Shown: piece after piece, positions 51,637 through 61,028 of the stretch | Layout of the letters: each line of letters opens with the position of its first letter | Numbering within the stretch: the first letter of the stretch is position 1 | Source of the DNA: Thermoanaerobaculia bacterium | GTDB lineage: Bacteria; Acidobacteriota; Thermoanaerobaculia; Multivoradales; JAHEKO01 | DNA length: 64,000 nucleotides | Assembly: GCA_049664225.1 (NCBI GenBank) | Contig: JBATEX010000114.1 | Location: forward strand, 56,351-120,350 | Reading direction: 5' to 3' | Notes under the pieces: generated by a model | Database searches by the model: none | What the model was told of the DNA's origin: nothing | What the model saw: only the letters and a program-made list of their open reading frames with translations | Position numbers and translations under genes: made by a program

Positions 51637-52011
51637 GGCCTTGATCCTGTCTCTTGTCCGCGGCCGGAATTCGAACGTCGACCCGTTGTGCTGCGAGACC
51701 CGCCGACGAATGAACCCCGGGAGGTGCTGGACGATTGGAGAACTCACCTGGACCTCTCCTTGGACTCTTTGGTCTCTTTCGGGGCCGGTCCACAACCGGC
51801 TTTCGTTGGCCCAAGCATGGCGCCAGACGGCGCCGAGCGCCACTGCCATCTGGGTAGTTGTGGGTCACTGATGAGGTGGCAAGAACACCCTATGTATGGG
51901 TGGTGTTGGCGCCGCCGAGCACCACCCCGGCGGGTAGTTGGCTCCCAGGCCCTCGCCCCCTGGAACCTCTGCCGGATTCTCCTCCGCACCACTGCTAGAC
52001 TTCCTCCCGCT

Positions 52012-55000
52012 ATGCCGAAGCGAACAGACATAGATTCGATTCTCATCGTGGGCTCCGGCCCCATTGTCATTGGCCAGGCCTGCGAGTTCGACTACTCCGG
52101 GACTCAGGCTTGTCGAGTCCTGAGGCGGGAGGGGTACCGGGTGATCCTGGTCAATTCCAACCCCGCCACGATCATGACGGATCCCGAGTTCTCCGATGCC
52201 ACCTACGTCGAGCCCCTGGTCCCGGAGATCGTCGAGAAGATCATCCAGAAGGAGCGCCCCGACTCCATCCTCCCGACCGTCGGCGGGCAAACGGGTATCA
52301 ATCTGACGCTGGCGCTGCACGAGGCGGGAGTCCTGGAGCGCTATGGGGTCGAGCTTTTGGGAGCCGGCATCGACGCCCTGCGGCTAGGCGAGGACAGGCA
52401 GCTGTTCAAGGAGGCCATGCAGGAGGTGGGGCTCGAGGTGCCCGCGAGCGGCTTCGCCGGCAGCGAAACAGAGGCCCGCGAGATCGCTTCGCGGATCGGC
52501 TTCCCGCTGATCATTCGGCCGAGCTTCACCCTCGGTGGGGAGGGTGGTGGCACGGTCTACAACCGCGACGAGCTGGACGACATGGTGGCGACGGCCCTGG
52601 ATGCCAGCCCGACGAGGCGGGTGTTGCTCGAGCAGTCGGTGCTGGGCTGGAAGGAGTTCGAGCTGGAGGTGATTCGGGACCGGGTCGACAATTCGATCGT
52701 CATCTGCTCGGTCGAGAACGTGGACGCGATGGGGGTCCACACTGGAGATTCCATCACCGTGGCGCCGCAGCAGACACTCTCGGACCGCGAGTACCAGGCA
52801 ATGCGCAACGACGCCTTCACAGTCATTCGGCGGGTGGGTGTCGCCACGGGTGGGTCGAACATCCAGTTCGCCGTCGATCCGGAGACCGGCCAGAGGGTGG
52901 TCATCGAGATGAACCCCCGAGTCTCCAGGAGCTCGGCGCTGGCCTCCAAGGCGACGGGCTTTCCGATCGCCAAGATCGCAGCGTTGCTGGCCGTGGACTA
53001 CACCCTGGACGAGATCCCCAACGACATCACGGGAGAGACTTACGCAGCCTTCGAGCCGTCCCTGGACTACACGGTTGTGAAGATCCCGCGCTGGGCCTTC
53101 GAGAAGTTCCCACAGACGGCTCCGGAGCTCGGTACCTCGATGAAATCGGTCGGCGAGGTAATGGCGATCGGCACGACGTTTCGGGAAGCTCTGATGAAGG
53201 GACTGGCCTCTCTGGAGCTGGATGGAACGATCGCGGCCCGCGAGCAACGGATGTCGGATCCCGTGCGTCTTCGCCGGCGCCTCGCCACCCCGAACTGGGA
53301 ACGGCTGTTCGCCGTGTTTGCAGCACTGCGACAGGGATGGACCGTAGAGGAAGTCGCCAGGACCTCGCACATCGACCCCTGGTTTCTGCGAGAAATCCAG
53401 AGAATCGTGGAGATGGAGACTGAGCTGGCCTGCTGGGATCTCGTCTCGCTGCCGGACGAGGTGTTGCGGGAGGCCAAGGTGTGTGGTCTGACCGATGCGA
53501 GAATCGCCAGCCTGGTCCAGGCGACGGAAGCGCTAATCAAGAACCGCTCGGTCGAGTCGGGCATCGAGCGAACCTTCAAGAGGGTGGACACCTGCGCCGC
53601 CGAGTTCCCGGCCCTGACGCCGTATCTCTATTCGACCTTCGGAGTGGAAGACGAGTCCGATGTGGACGAGCGGCCCAAGGTCATGATCCTGGGCTCCGGA
53701 CCGAATCGGATCGGCCAGGGAATCGAATTCGACTACTGCTGTGTGCATGCCGCCTACGGGTTGGCTGAGGCCGGCTTCGAGACCATCATGGTCAACTGCA
53801 ACCCGGAAACAGTGTCGACGGACTACGACACCTCCGATCGCCTCTACTTCGAGCCGCTGACCCTGGAGCATGTGCTGGCCGTCTTCGAGAAGGAGAAGCC
53901 CCTGGGAGTCGTCGTGCAGCTCGGCGGCCAGACGCCCTTGAAGCTCGCTCGCGGTCTGGAAGAAGCGGGTGTGCCGATCTGGGGAACGCCTCCCGAGGCC
54001 ATCGACTTGGCCGAGGACCGCAAGCGCTTCGGAGCGCTGTTGGATGCCGAAGGGATCCGCCAGCCGGAAAACGGCACCGCCATGTCGGTGGAGGAGGGGA
54101 TCCAGGTCGCTAGCAAGATCGGTTTTCCGGTGCTGGTACGACCGAGCTACGTTCTGGGTGGTCGGGCCATGGCCATCTGCTATGACGAGTCCACCTTGGA
54201 ACGGTATGTGCGGGATGCCGCCGAAGTCTCTCCGGGCCAGCCCATTCTGCTGGATCGCTTCCTGGACGATGCTATCGAGTTGGATCTGGATCTGTTGGCC
54301 GATGGCGAGTCCGCCGTCGTGGCAGGCATCCTCCAGCACATCGAGGAAGCCGGGATCCACTCGGGCGATTCGGCCGCCGTCCTGCCCCCTCAGATTGTCG
54401 GAAACGAGGATCTGGACCAGATGCGGGAGATCGCCAAACGACTGGCTTTGCGACTCGGCGTGGTGGGCCTGATGAACGTGCAGTTCGCGATCCACCAGGG
54501 CCAGATCTACGTCATCGAGGTCAACCCGCGGGCGTCGCGGACGGTGCCGTTCATCGCCAAGGCGGTCGGTGTCCCATTGGTCAAGCTGGCCGCCAAGGTG
54601 ATGGCGGGTCAGAGCCTGACCGATTTGGGGTTCACGACCGAGCCTGCGGTGCCGGGGATCTTCGTCAAGGCCCCGGTTTTTCCCTTTCGGAGATTCACCG
54701 GCGTCGATCCGGTCCTGGGTCCCGAAATGAAGTCCACCGGCGAGGTGATGGGCAGCAGTCCTCATTTCGGCAATGCCTTCGCCAAGTCCTGGGTGGCGGC
54801 GGGCCACAAGCTACCGTTGGAAGGCACGGCGTTCGTCTCGGTCCATGACACCGACAAGGAGGCCCTGTTGCCTGTTGCCAGCAAGCTCGCCGAGGTCGGC
54901 TTCGAGCTGACAGCGACTGCCGGGACCGCGGCCTTCCTGACCGCCCAGGGCCTGAAGGTCCGTCGAATCAACAAAGTGCACGAAGGCCGGCCCCACGTCG

Positions 55001-55221
55001 TCGACCATCTGATCAATCGGGATATCGATCTGGTGGTCAACACGCCATTGGGGCGCGAGTCCCACGAGGACGATGCCTCGATTCGTCAGACGGCTCTCAA
55101 GTACGACATTCCTTGCATTACCACGCTCTCGGGAGCCATGGCAGCAGTGGAAGGGATCGCCGCCTGGAAGGCCCAGGACCTCGACGTCGCCTCACTGCAA
55201 GAGCTGCACAGAGGGTTGTAG
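52012..55221 (+). CDS. carB: carbamoyl-phosphate synthase large subunit
   Basis: [34 protein letters not shown].... There are two ATP-grasp halves, and the second starts [25 protein letters not shown]. The track start at 51358 is a spurious upstream extension. Confidence 0.95.
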   Translation: MPKRTDIDSILIVGSGPIVIGQACEFDYSGTQACRVLRREGYRVILVNSNPATIMTDPEFSDATYVEPLVPEIVEKIIQKERPDSILPTVGGQTGINLTLALHEAGVLERYGVELLGAGIDALRLGEDRQLFKEAMQEVGLEVPASGFAGSETEAREIASRIGFPLIIRPSFTLGGEGGGTVYNRDELDDMVATALDASPTRRVLLEQSVLGWKEFELEVIRDRVDNSIVICSVENVDAMGVHTGDSITVAPQQTLSDREYQAMRNDAFTVIRRVGVATGGSNIQFAVDPETGQRVVIEMNPRVSRSSALASKATGFPIAKIAALLAVDYTLDEIPNDITGETYAAFEPSLDYTVVKIPRWAFEKFPQTAPELGTSMKSVGEVMAIGTTFREALMKGLASLELDGTIAAREQRMSDPVRLRRRLATPNWERLFAVFAALRQGWTVEEVARTSHIDPWFLREIQRIVEMETELACWDLVSLPDEVLREAKVCGLTDARIASLVQATEALIKNRSVESGIERTFKRVDTCAAEFPALTPYLYSTFGVEDESDVDERPKVMILGSGPNRIGQGIEFDYCCVHAAYGLAEAGFETIMVNCNPETVSTDYDTSDRLYFEPLTLEHVLAVFEKEKPLGVVVQLGGQTPLKLARGLEEAGVPIWGTPPEAIDLAEDRKRFGALLDAEGIRQPENGTAMSVEEGIQVASKIGFPVLVRPSYVLGGRAMAICYDESTLERYVRDAAEVSPGQPILLDRFLDDAIELDLDLLADGESAVVAGILQHIEEAGIHSGDSAAVLPPQIVGNEDLDQMREIAKRLALRLGVVGLMNVQFAIHQGQIYVIEVNPRASRTVPFIAKAVGVPLVKLAAKVMAGQSLTDLGFTTEPAVPGIFVKAPVFPFRRFTGVDPVLGPEMKSTGEVMGSSPHFGNAFAKSWVAAGHKLPLEGTAFVSVHDTDKEALLPVASKLAEVGFELTATAGTAAFLTAQGLKVRRINKVHEGRPHVVDHLINRDIDLVVNTPLGRESHEDDASIRQTALKYDIPCITTLSGAMAAVEGIAAWKAQDLDVASLQELHRGL

Positions 55222-55223
55222 GG

Positions 55224-55368
55224 GCCTAGGGGGCTAGGCGGCTAGGGCTTGAGCCTCTGTTCCCCCAAGCCCTCAAAGACTGGCCGGAAGCAATGCCCGG
55301 CCACTTCACCCCCCACTGCCCCAAGGATCGGCAGGGAGGTACGACCGGACGCCTCAACTCAGAGGCGC
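55224..55368. repeat. family A repeat units (plus orientation)
   Basis: ...CCCCCAAGCCCTCAAAGACTGGCCGGAAGCAATGCCCGGCCA...GACGCCTCAACTC. The GACGCCTCAAC motif also occurs at 39516. Confidence 0.65.
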
Positions 55369-55419
55369 TCCGGTTTCTGAGAGAATGGCTCCTCGAATCG
55401 GATTCCAAGGAGCGCCGAC

Positions 55420-56817
55420 ATGACCAAGACTCGGACCGAACGAGACAGCCTCGGCGAGGTGCAGGTACCCGCCTCGGCCTACTACGGAGCCCAGACCCAG
55501 AGGGCGCTCGAGAACTTCCCTGTCAGTGGCCTGCGCTTCCCCCGGCGCTTCATTGGTGCGTTGGGGATGATCAAGGGCGAAGCCGCGGCCGTCAACGCAG
55601 AGCTGGGGGCAATCGACACCGACCTGGCCGCCCCAATCGGCCAGGCTGCCAACGAGGTGGCCGCCGGCAAACTCGACGACCAGTTCCCCTTGGATATTTT
55701 CCAGACCGGCTCGGGGACCTCCACGAACATGAACGCGAACGAGGTCATTGCGAACCGCGCCATCGAGATCCTCGGTGGAAAGATGGGCAGCAAGACGCCG
55801 GTGCACCCCAACGACGACGTGAATGCCGGCCAGTCCTCGAACGACGTCATTCCGACCGCCATTCATGTCGCGGCCTATGGCGCGCTGACCAAAGATCTGA
55901 TGCCGGCCCTGAGGCATCTGGAAGAGGCTCTGGATAGCAAGGCGCGCGAGTTCGACGCCATCGTCAAGATCGGTCGAACCCATCTCCAGGATGCGGTGCC
56001 GATTCGATTGGGCCAGGAGTTCTCGGGCTACGCCAAGCAAATTGACAATGGCATTGCGCGCCTCGTCGCGGTCCAACCCCGCCTGGCGGAGCTGGCACTC
56101 GGGGGAACGGCCGTGGGCACCGGCCTCAACGCCCACCCAGAGTTCGCAGTCGGAGTCATCGACCGCCTCGCCGTGCGCACCAGGCATCCCTTTGTGCCGG
56201 CGCCGAACAAGTTCGAGGCCATGGCGGCCAAAGACGCTGCCGTGGAGTGCTCCGGAGCGCTGAAGACCATCGCCGTCTCGCTGACCAAGATCGCCAATGA
56301 CATTCGTTGGCTCGGCTCCGGCCCGCGATGCGGCATCGGCGAGATCACACTGCCCAGCCTCCAACCAGGCAGCTCGATCATGCCGGGCAAGGTGAATCCG
56401 GTGATTCCGGAGTCGGTCCTGATGGTGGCCGCCCAGGTTCTCGGCAACGACGTGACGATCAGTGCCGGAGGGATGTCCGGCAACTTCGAGCTCAACGTGA
56501 TGATGCCGGTCATCGCCTACAACCTCCTGCAATCGGTGGAGATCCTCGCCAACAGCTCTCGACTGCTGGCCGACCTTTGTGTCAGCGGGCTGCAGGCCAA
56601 CGCTCAACGGTGTGAAGCCCTGGTGGAGGAGTCCCTCGCCATGGTGACGGCTCTGGCGCCGGTGATCGGTTACGACCGGGCGGCCGAGATCGCCAAGGAA
56701 GCGTTTGCCACGGGCCGCACGGTGCGTGAGCTCTGTTCGGAGAAGGGGGTTCTACCGCCGGAGGAACTGGAGCGGGTTCTCGATGCCAGAGCCCAGACCG
56801 AGGGCGGAGCAGGCTGA
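55420..56817 (+). CDS. fumC: class II fumarate hydratase (fumarase C; aspartase not excluded)
   Basis: Fumarase/aspartase signature GSSIMPGKVNP. SGTSTNMNANEVIANRA and SSNDVIPTA are closer to FumC than AspA. Confidence 0.8.
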   Translation: MTKTRTERDSLGEVQVPASAYYGAQTQRALENFPVSGLRFPRRFIGALGMIKGEAAAVNAELGAIDTDLAAPIGQAANEVAAGKLDDQFPLDIFQTGSGTSTNMNANEVIANRAIEILGGKMGSKTPVHPNDDVNAGQSSNDVIPTAIHVAAYGALTKDLMPALRHLEEALDSKAREFDAIVKIGRTHLQDAVPIRLGQEFSGYAKQIDNGIARLVAVQPRLAELALGGTAVGTGLNAHPEFAVGVIDRLAVRTRHPFVPAPNKFEAMAAKDAAVECSGALKTIAVSLTKIANDIRWLGSGPRCGIGEITLPSLQPGSSIMPGKVNPVIPESVLMVAAQVLGNDVTISAGGMSGNFELNVMMPVIAYNLLQSVEILANSSRLLADLCVSGLQANAQRCEALVEESLAMVTALAPVIGYDRAAEIAKEAFATGRTVRELCSEKGVLPPEELERVLDARAQTEGGAG

Positions 56818-56832
56818 GCACAGTTCCTGAGA

Positions 56833-57906
56833 ATGTCAGAAGTCAAAGCGGATCGACGGGTCCTGCACTGCGACATGGACTGCTTCTATGCCGCCGTGCA
56901 CATGCGGGACGACCCGACTCTCGCCGGCAAGCCGGTTGTTATCGGAGGTAGCCCGGAAGGGAGGGGGGTGGTGGCCGCTGCGAGCTACGAAGCGCGCCGA
57001 TTCGGAATTCGCTCGGCGCTGCCCGCCGCTCGCGCTGTCCGGCTGTGCCCCCAGGCGATCTTCATCCGGCCGGACTTCAATCGATATCGGGAAGAGTCGC
57101 AGTATATTGTCGAGATCTTCCGCGACTTCACGCCGGTGGTTCAGAAGGTCTCGATCGACGAGGCGTACCTCGATGTCACCGATCAACTGGAGCCCCGGGG
57201 TAGTGCCACGGCGGTAGCAAAAGAGATCAAGCGCCGCGTTAGAGAGGAACGGGGATTGACGGTCAGCGTGGGTGTCGGCCCGAACCGCCTGGTAGCCAAG
57301 ATCGCCTCCGACTTCGACAAGCCGGATGGCCTGACGGTGGTCAAACCGGCCCGTGTTCAGGCGTTTCTGGACGTTCTGTCAGTGAGGACGCTCCCTGGCG
57401 TGGGTCCGGCCTCGGAGCGTCGGCTCCTACGATCGGGGATCGAGACCATCGCCGACTTGCGGGCGGTTCCCAGGGATCGCCTCGAGACGCTGTTCGGGAA
57501 GCACGGCCAGTGGCTCTACAACTGCGCGCGGGGCATCGACGAGCGTCCGGTCCGAACCCACCGGGAACGCAAGAGCCTCAGCTGCGAGCGAACGTACGCC
57601 AAGGACCTGCAGCGTCTCGAGGAAATGGACCAGGAGCTCGAACGCATGGCCGAGCGGGTAGGCCGCGGGCTGAAGAAACGCGAGCTGTCTGCCCAGACCG
57701 TGACGATCAAGGTTCGGTACGGCGATTTCACGACGTTGACGCGATCGTACACCTTGCCAAGCCCGACGTCAGACGAACAGGTGATGGCGACCTGGGCGTA
57801 CCGGCTCTTGCGAAAGACGGAGGCCGGGCGGCGCAGCGTCCGCCTCCTGGGCCTCGGTGCCGGAAACCTCGTCCACGGAGAAATGTCCCAGCTGGAGCTG
57901 TTCTGA
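56833..57906 (+). CDS. dinB: DNA polymerase IV
   Basis: RRVLHCDMDCFYAAVHMRDDPTLAGKPVVIGG...RGVVAAASYEARRFGIRSA, the Y-family polymerase N-terminus. Confidence 0.9.
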   Translation: MSEVKADRRVLHCDMDCFYAAVHMRDDPTLAGKPVVIGGSPEGRGVVAAASYEARRFGIRSALPAARAVRLCPQAIFIRPDFNRYREESQYIVEIFRDFTPVVQKVSIDEAYLDVTDQLEPRGSATAVAKEIKRRVREERGLTVSVGVGPNRLVAKIASDFDKPDGLTVVKPARVQAFLDVLSVRTLPGVGPASERRLLRSGIETIADLRAVPRDRLETLFGKHGQWLYNCARGIDERPVRTHRERKSLSCERTYAKDLQRLEEMDQELERMAERVGRGLKKRELSAQTVTIKVRYGDFTTLTRSYTLPSPTSDEQVMATWAYRLLRKTEAGRRSVRLLGLGAGNLVHGEMSQLELF

Positions 57907-57934
57907 CCTCAGATGGGTGAGGGTCCGTCGCGGG

Positions 57935-57985
57935 ACCCCCCAGGGGGCTATCCTCCCTTCCGCTGCAAGAAGCCCCTGGGGGTCC
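57935..57985. repeat. family B hairpin element, copy 4 (extended stem)
   Basis: GGGACCCCCCAGGGGGCTATCCTCCCTTCCGCTGCAAGAAGCCCCTGGGGGTCCCC, 30 nt after the dinB stop. Confidence 0.75.
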
Positions 57986-58117
57986 CCACGACGAACCCAG
58001 GGACCAGCCTCGGCACGAAGCTGAGTGCTTTGCAGGCATAGCAAGATATCGAGCTACACTTGAGTCGCGGGCGTGCAACTCGACAATGCCCAACAGCGGC
58101 CTATCGAGGAGAATCGA

Positions 58118-58564
58118 ATGACCACCTACAAGAAATCCGACGCCGCCGTTGCCGCCCTGACTCCGGAGCAGTTTCGTGTGACCCAGCAGAGCGGCACCGA
58201 GCACCCAGGCACCGGCGAGTATCTTGCCAATTTCGAGCCGGGCATCTATGTGGATGTCGTGTCGGGCGAACCCCTGTTCGCGTCGTCAGACAAGTTCGAA
58301 TCGGGTTGCGGCTGGCCGAGTTTTGCCAAACCGATCGAGCCGGCTCGTGTCAACGAGCTCAAGGACCGCAGCCATGGCATGGTGCGAACCGAAGTCCGCT
58401 CGGTGCACGGCGACAACCACCTGGGGCACGTGTTTCCGGACGGCCCCAGCGATCGCGGTGGTTTACGCTACTGCATCAATTCTGCCTCCCTGCGATTCAT
58501 CCATCGCGATGACATGGAAGCAGAGGGCTATAGCGAGTACCTGGATCAAGTGGAGGACAACTAA
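58118..58564 (+). CDS. msrB: peptide-methionine (R)-S-oxide reductase
   Basis: ...GHVFPDGP...[11 protein letters not shown], the MsrB active-site region. Start at the internal Met. Confidence 0.9.
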   Translation: MTTYKKSDAAVAALTPEQFRVTQQSGTEHPGTGEYLANFEPGIYVDVVSGEPLFASSDKFESGCGWPSFAKPIEPARVNELKDRSHGMVRTEVRSVHGDNHLGHVFPDGPSDRGGLRYCINSASLRFIHRDDMEAEGYSEYLDQVEDN

Positions 58565-59070
58565 TGGCACAGGAACGCGCTGTTCTGGCGGGCGGCTGCT
58601 TCTGGGGCATGCAAGATCTGATTCGAAAACTGCCGGGGATCGAGGTCACCCGAGTGGGCTTCACCGGCGGCGATGTCCCCAACGCCACCTACCGCAACCA
58701 CGGCACGCATGCCGAGGGAATCGAGATTCTGTTCGACCCGGACAGGATTTCGTATCGCCGCATCCTGGAGTTCTTCTTCCAGATCCACGACCCCACAACC
58801 ATCAACCGGCAGGGCAATGACTCGGGACTGTCCTATCGGTCGGCGATCTACTATGTCGACGAGGTGCAAAGACAAGTCGCCCTCGACACCATTGCCGATG
58901 TAGAAGCCTCGGGACTATGGCCGGGCAAGGTGGTAACAGAGCTCGAGTCTGAAGGTGATTTCTGGGAGGCGGAGCCCGAGCATCAGGACTATCTCGAGCG
59001 CTATCCCACCGGCTACACCTGCCACTACCCGCGACCGGAATGGGTACTACCACGGCGTGAAGTTGAGTAA
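58564..59070 (+). CDS. msrA: peptide-methionine (S)-S-oxide reductase
   Basis: [14 protein letters not shown] (GCFWG active site). Start adjacent to the msrB stop. Confidence 0.9.
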   Translation: MAQERAVLAGGCFWGMQDLIRKLPGIEVTRVGFTGGDVPNATYRNHGTHAEGIEILFDPDRISYRRILEFFFQIHDPTTINRQGNDSGLSYRSAIYYVDEVQRQVALDTIADVEASGLWPGKVVTELESEGDFWEAEPEHQDYLERYPTGYTCHYPRPEWVLPRREVE

Positions 59071-59399
59071 GCGGGCCGAATTAGAAGTTGTTCTGCCAAT
59101 GGTTGACGGCGGAAACGGAGAGATAGCAAATCGCTCGTTCATTGAGCCGGTCAGAATAGGATGGAACGGATGAGAGTGTCCCGCATCACGAGGGCCGTCA
59201 ATTGGTGTTACGCCTTCGGAAAGATTGCCTTGATCAGACCGTCGACGAGACCTGGTCGTTCGAGCCGCGATACACCCAAGTAGAGGTGCGCGGTATCGAC
59301 CCGGATTTCGACAGCACCCGCCGGCTCATCGAGTTTACGCTCAAGACCGCCGTCCGGATCCCGGACTTGCTCAAGAGTAGATAGCCGTGCGAACGAAGG

Positions 59400-59774
59400 C
59401 TAACCGGATCGCCAGCGGTCAATGTCCCGGCGGTCGCGCTTGGTTGGGCGGCCGGCACCCTTTTCGCGCTGCACCGGCCTGCCGCGCAGGATTCGCTGAA
59501 TAGGATCCAGAGTTGGCTTGGGCGGACTCAGATCCTCGAAGACCCGCGTTGCTTCGGCCTTCGGCAAGGGGCGGTCGCGTAGCTCTTTGACCACGAGGAC
59601 TCGAGTCCAGTCTCGAATCTCGATCTCCACCTGGTCATCCAGCGCCAGATTGCGGTGCGGCTTGACCACCTGGCCGTTGACCCGGACCCGCCCGAGGTTG
59701 CAGGCACGCGTCGCCTGAGTCCGGGTTTTGAACACCCGTGCCACCTGGAGCCACTTGTCCAACCGCACGGCCAT
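59400..59774 (-). CDS. hslR: ribosome-associated heat-shock protein Hsp15 (S4 RNA-binding domain)
   Basis: MAVRLDKWLQVARVFKTRTQATRACNLGRVRVNGQVVKP, an S4-domain Hsp15-like start. Confidence 0.8.
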   Translation of the reverse strand: MAVRLDKWLQVARVFKTRTQATRACNLGRVRVNGQVVKPHRNLALDDQVEIEIRDWTRVLVVKELRDRPLPKAEATRVFEDLSPPKPTLDPIQRILRGRPVQREKGAGRPTKRDRRDIDRWRSG

Positions 59775-59875
59775 GCCCAGAGTCTAGCCTGACTCGTCCC
59801 CAAGCCCTCACTGCCACAAAGTGCCTGCCGCTAGAGGCGGCGGCCGCTTCAATCCTCACTGCCTCACTGCCAGGA

Positions 59876-59927
59876 AGTAGGGGAGGGCCTTGCGCCCTCC
59901 CGCGGGCGGGGGCAAGCCCGCCCCTAC
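59876..59927. repeat. family C structured element (two GC hairpins enclosed by GTAGGGG...CCCCTAC), upstream copy flanking the GT2 gene
   Basis: GTAGGGGAGGGCCTTGCGCCCTCCCGCGGGCGGGGGCAAGCCCGCCCCTACA. Confidence 0.75.
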
Positions 59928-59976
59928 AAGCACCCGATGGCCTCAGGCACCGATACGAGCGGAGGACTAGATCGAC

Positions 59977-60780
59977 ATGATGTGGTCGGCAGCACACTTC
60001 AAAGGCCATCGTCCGGCATACCATGTTGGGGTGCAAGAGCACCAACAGTGCAGATTCTCCCTGGTCATCCCCGCCTACAACGAGGAAGGGTACCTTCCAC
60101 GTCTGCTCGACACCGTCGACATAGCTCGGTCCACATACCGAGGAGGGAGTAACTCGATCGAGGTCATCGTGGCGGACAACGGGTCCACCGACGCCACCGG
60201 GGAGATTGCCAAGCAACGGGGATGCGTCGTCGCGCAGGTCACCAACCGCCGAATCGCCTCGGTCAGGAATGGCGGTGCGGCGGTGGCGAAAGGCGATGTC
60301 CTGGCCTTCGTGGATGCGGATATGAGGATCCACCCCGAGACGTTCAACGCTATTGAAGACAGTCTGGCCACCGGCACGGTGGTGGCGGGTGCAACCGGGG
60401 TGCGTTTGGAGAGGTGGTCGGTGGGAATCGCCGCGACATATGCCGTGATGGTCCCCTGGGTATGGGTTTTGAAGATGGACACCGGAGTGGTTTTCTGCTT
60501 GTCTGAGGACTTCGCTGCCATCGGAGGCTATGACGAACGACGCTACTTCGGGGAGGACGTTCAGCTGCTGGTCGATCTCAGACGACTCGGGCGCGACAGG
60601 GGCCAACGGTTGGCCCGGGTTCGCTCCGCCAAGGCTCTGGGCTCGATGCGCAAGTTCGACCACTACGGGGACTGGCACTATTTTACGATGATCTTCGGGC
60701 TCGTCCCGGCCCTGTTTCGACCTCCAGAGACAATCGACGACAGGATCCGTGAATACTGGTACGGAGATGGGAATCGGTGA
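59977..60780 (+). CDS. GT2 family glycosyltransferase
   Basis: FSLVIPAYNEEGYL...IVADNGSTDAT...FVDADM. Flanked by family-C direct repeats. Confidence 0.7.
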   Translation: MMWSAAHFKGHRPAYHVGVQEHQQCRFSLVIPAYNEEGYLPRLLDTVDIARSTYRGGSNSIEVIVADNGSTDATGEIAKQRGCVVAQVTNRRIASVRNGGAAVAKGDVLAFVDADMRIHPETFNAIEDSLATGTVVAGATGVRLERWSVGIAATYAVMVPWVWVLKMDTGVVFCLSEDFAAIGGYDERRYFGEDVQLLVDLRRLGRDRGQRLARVRSAKALGSMRKFDHYGDWHYFTMIFGLVPALFRPPETIDDRIREYWYGDGNR

Positions 60781-60820
60781 CGCAGTGAAACAATTGCAGG
60801 CGCTGCTTCGTCGACGCATG

Positions 60821-60871
60821 TAGTGGAGGGCCTTGCGCCCTCCCGCGGGCGGGGGCAAGCCCCGCCTCTAC
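60821..60871. repeat. family C structured element, downstream copy flanking the GT2 gene (direct repeat of 59876-59927)
   Basis: GTAGTGGAGGGCCTTGCGCCCTCCCGCGGGCGGGGGCAAGCCCCGCCTCTACA, about 47/51 nt identical to the upstream copy. Confidence 0.75.
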
Positions 60872-60874
60872 AAT

Positions 60875-60976
60875 CCTCACTGCCTCACTGCCTCACTGCC
60901 TCACTGCCTCGCCACCCGGTGCCCCTACGCCCCTACGCCCCTACGCCCCTAAGCCCTTAAGCCCCTAAGCCGCTAC
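60875..60976. repeat. tandem octamer arrays: (CCTCACTG) 4 times, then (CCCCTACG) 3 times and CCCCTAAG/CCCTTAAG variants
   Basis: CCTCACTGCCTCACTGCCTCACTGCCTCACTGCCTCGCC ... CCCCTACGCCCCTACGCCCCTACGCCCCTAAGCCCTTAAGCCCCTAAGCCGCTACG. Two CCTCACTG copies also sit at 59851-59873, upstream of the other family-C copy. Confidence 0.8.
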
Positions 60977-61028
60977 GTCCTCGAGCCTACGGCTACCCGG
61001 CCGGGGGCGAGCCAGTTACAATTCGCCC

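Noticed and set aside
51358-52011. N-terminal 218 codons of the 1287-aa track ORF preceding carB
   Set aside because: CarB homology starts at [17 protein letters not shown] (52012). The upstream part is low-complexity, lies antisense to a DUF2892 gene, and is an open-frame artefact of high GC. Similar over-extensions were trimmed for PFOR (19725->19557), the OmcS-like gene (9528->9381), the 11-haem gene (45682->45277), the MGL-family gene (19523->19826), msrB and others.
58118-59774. msrB-msrA-hslR cluster considered as something unusual
   Set aside because: It is an ordinary oxidative or heat stress-repair gene arrangement with clear signatures ([15 protein letters not shown]4 domain). It is not novel.
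60875-60976. Tandem octamer arrays considered as a CRISPR array
   Set aside because: Units are 7-8 nt and directly abutting with no spacers. There are no cas genes in the window. These are simple tandem repeats.
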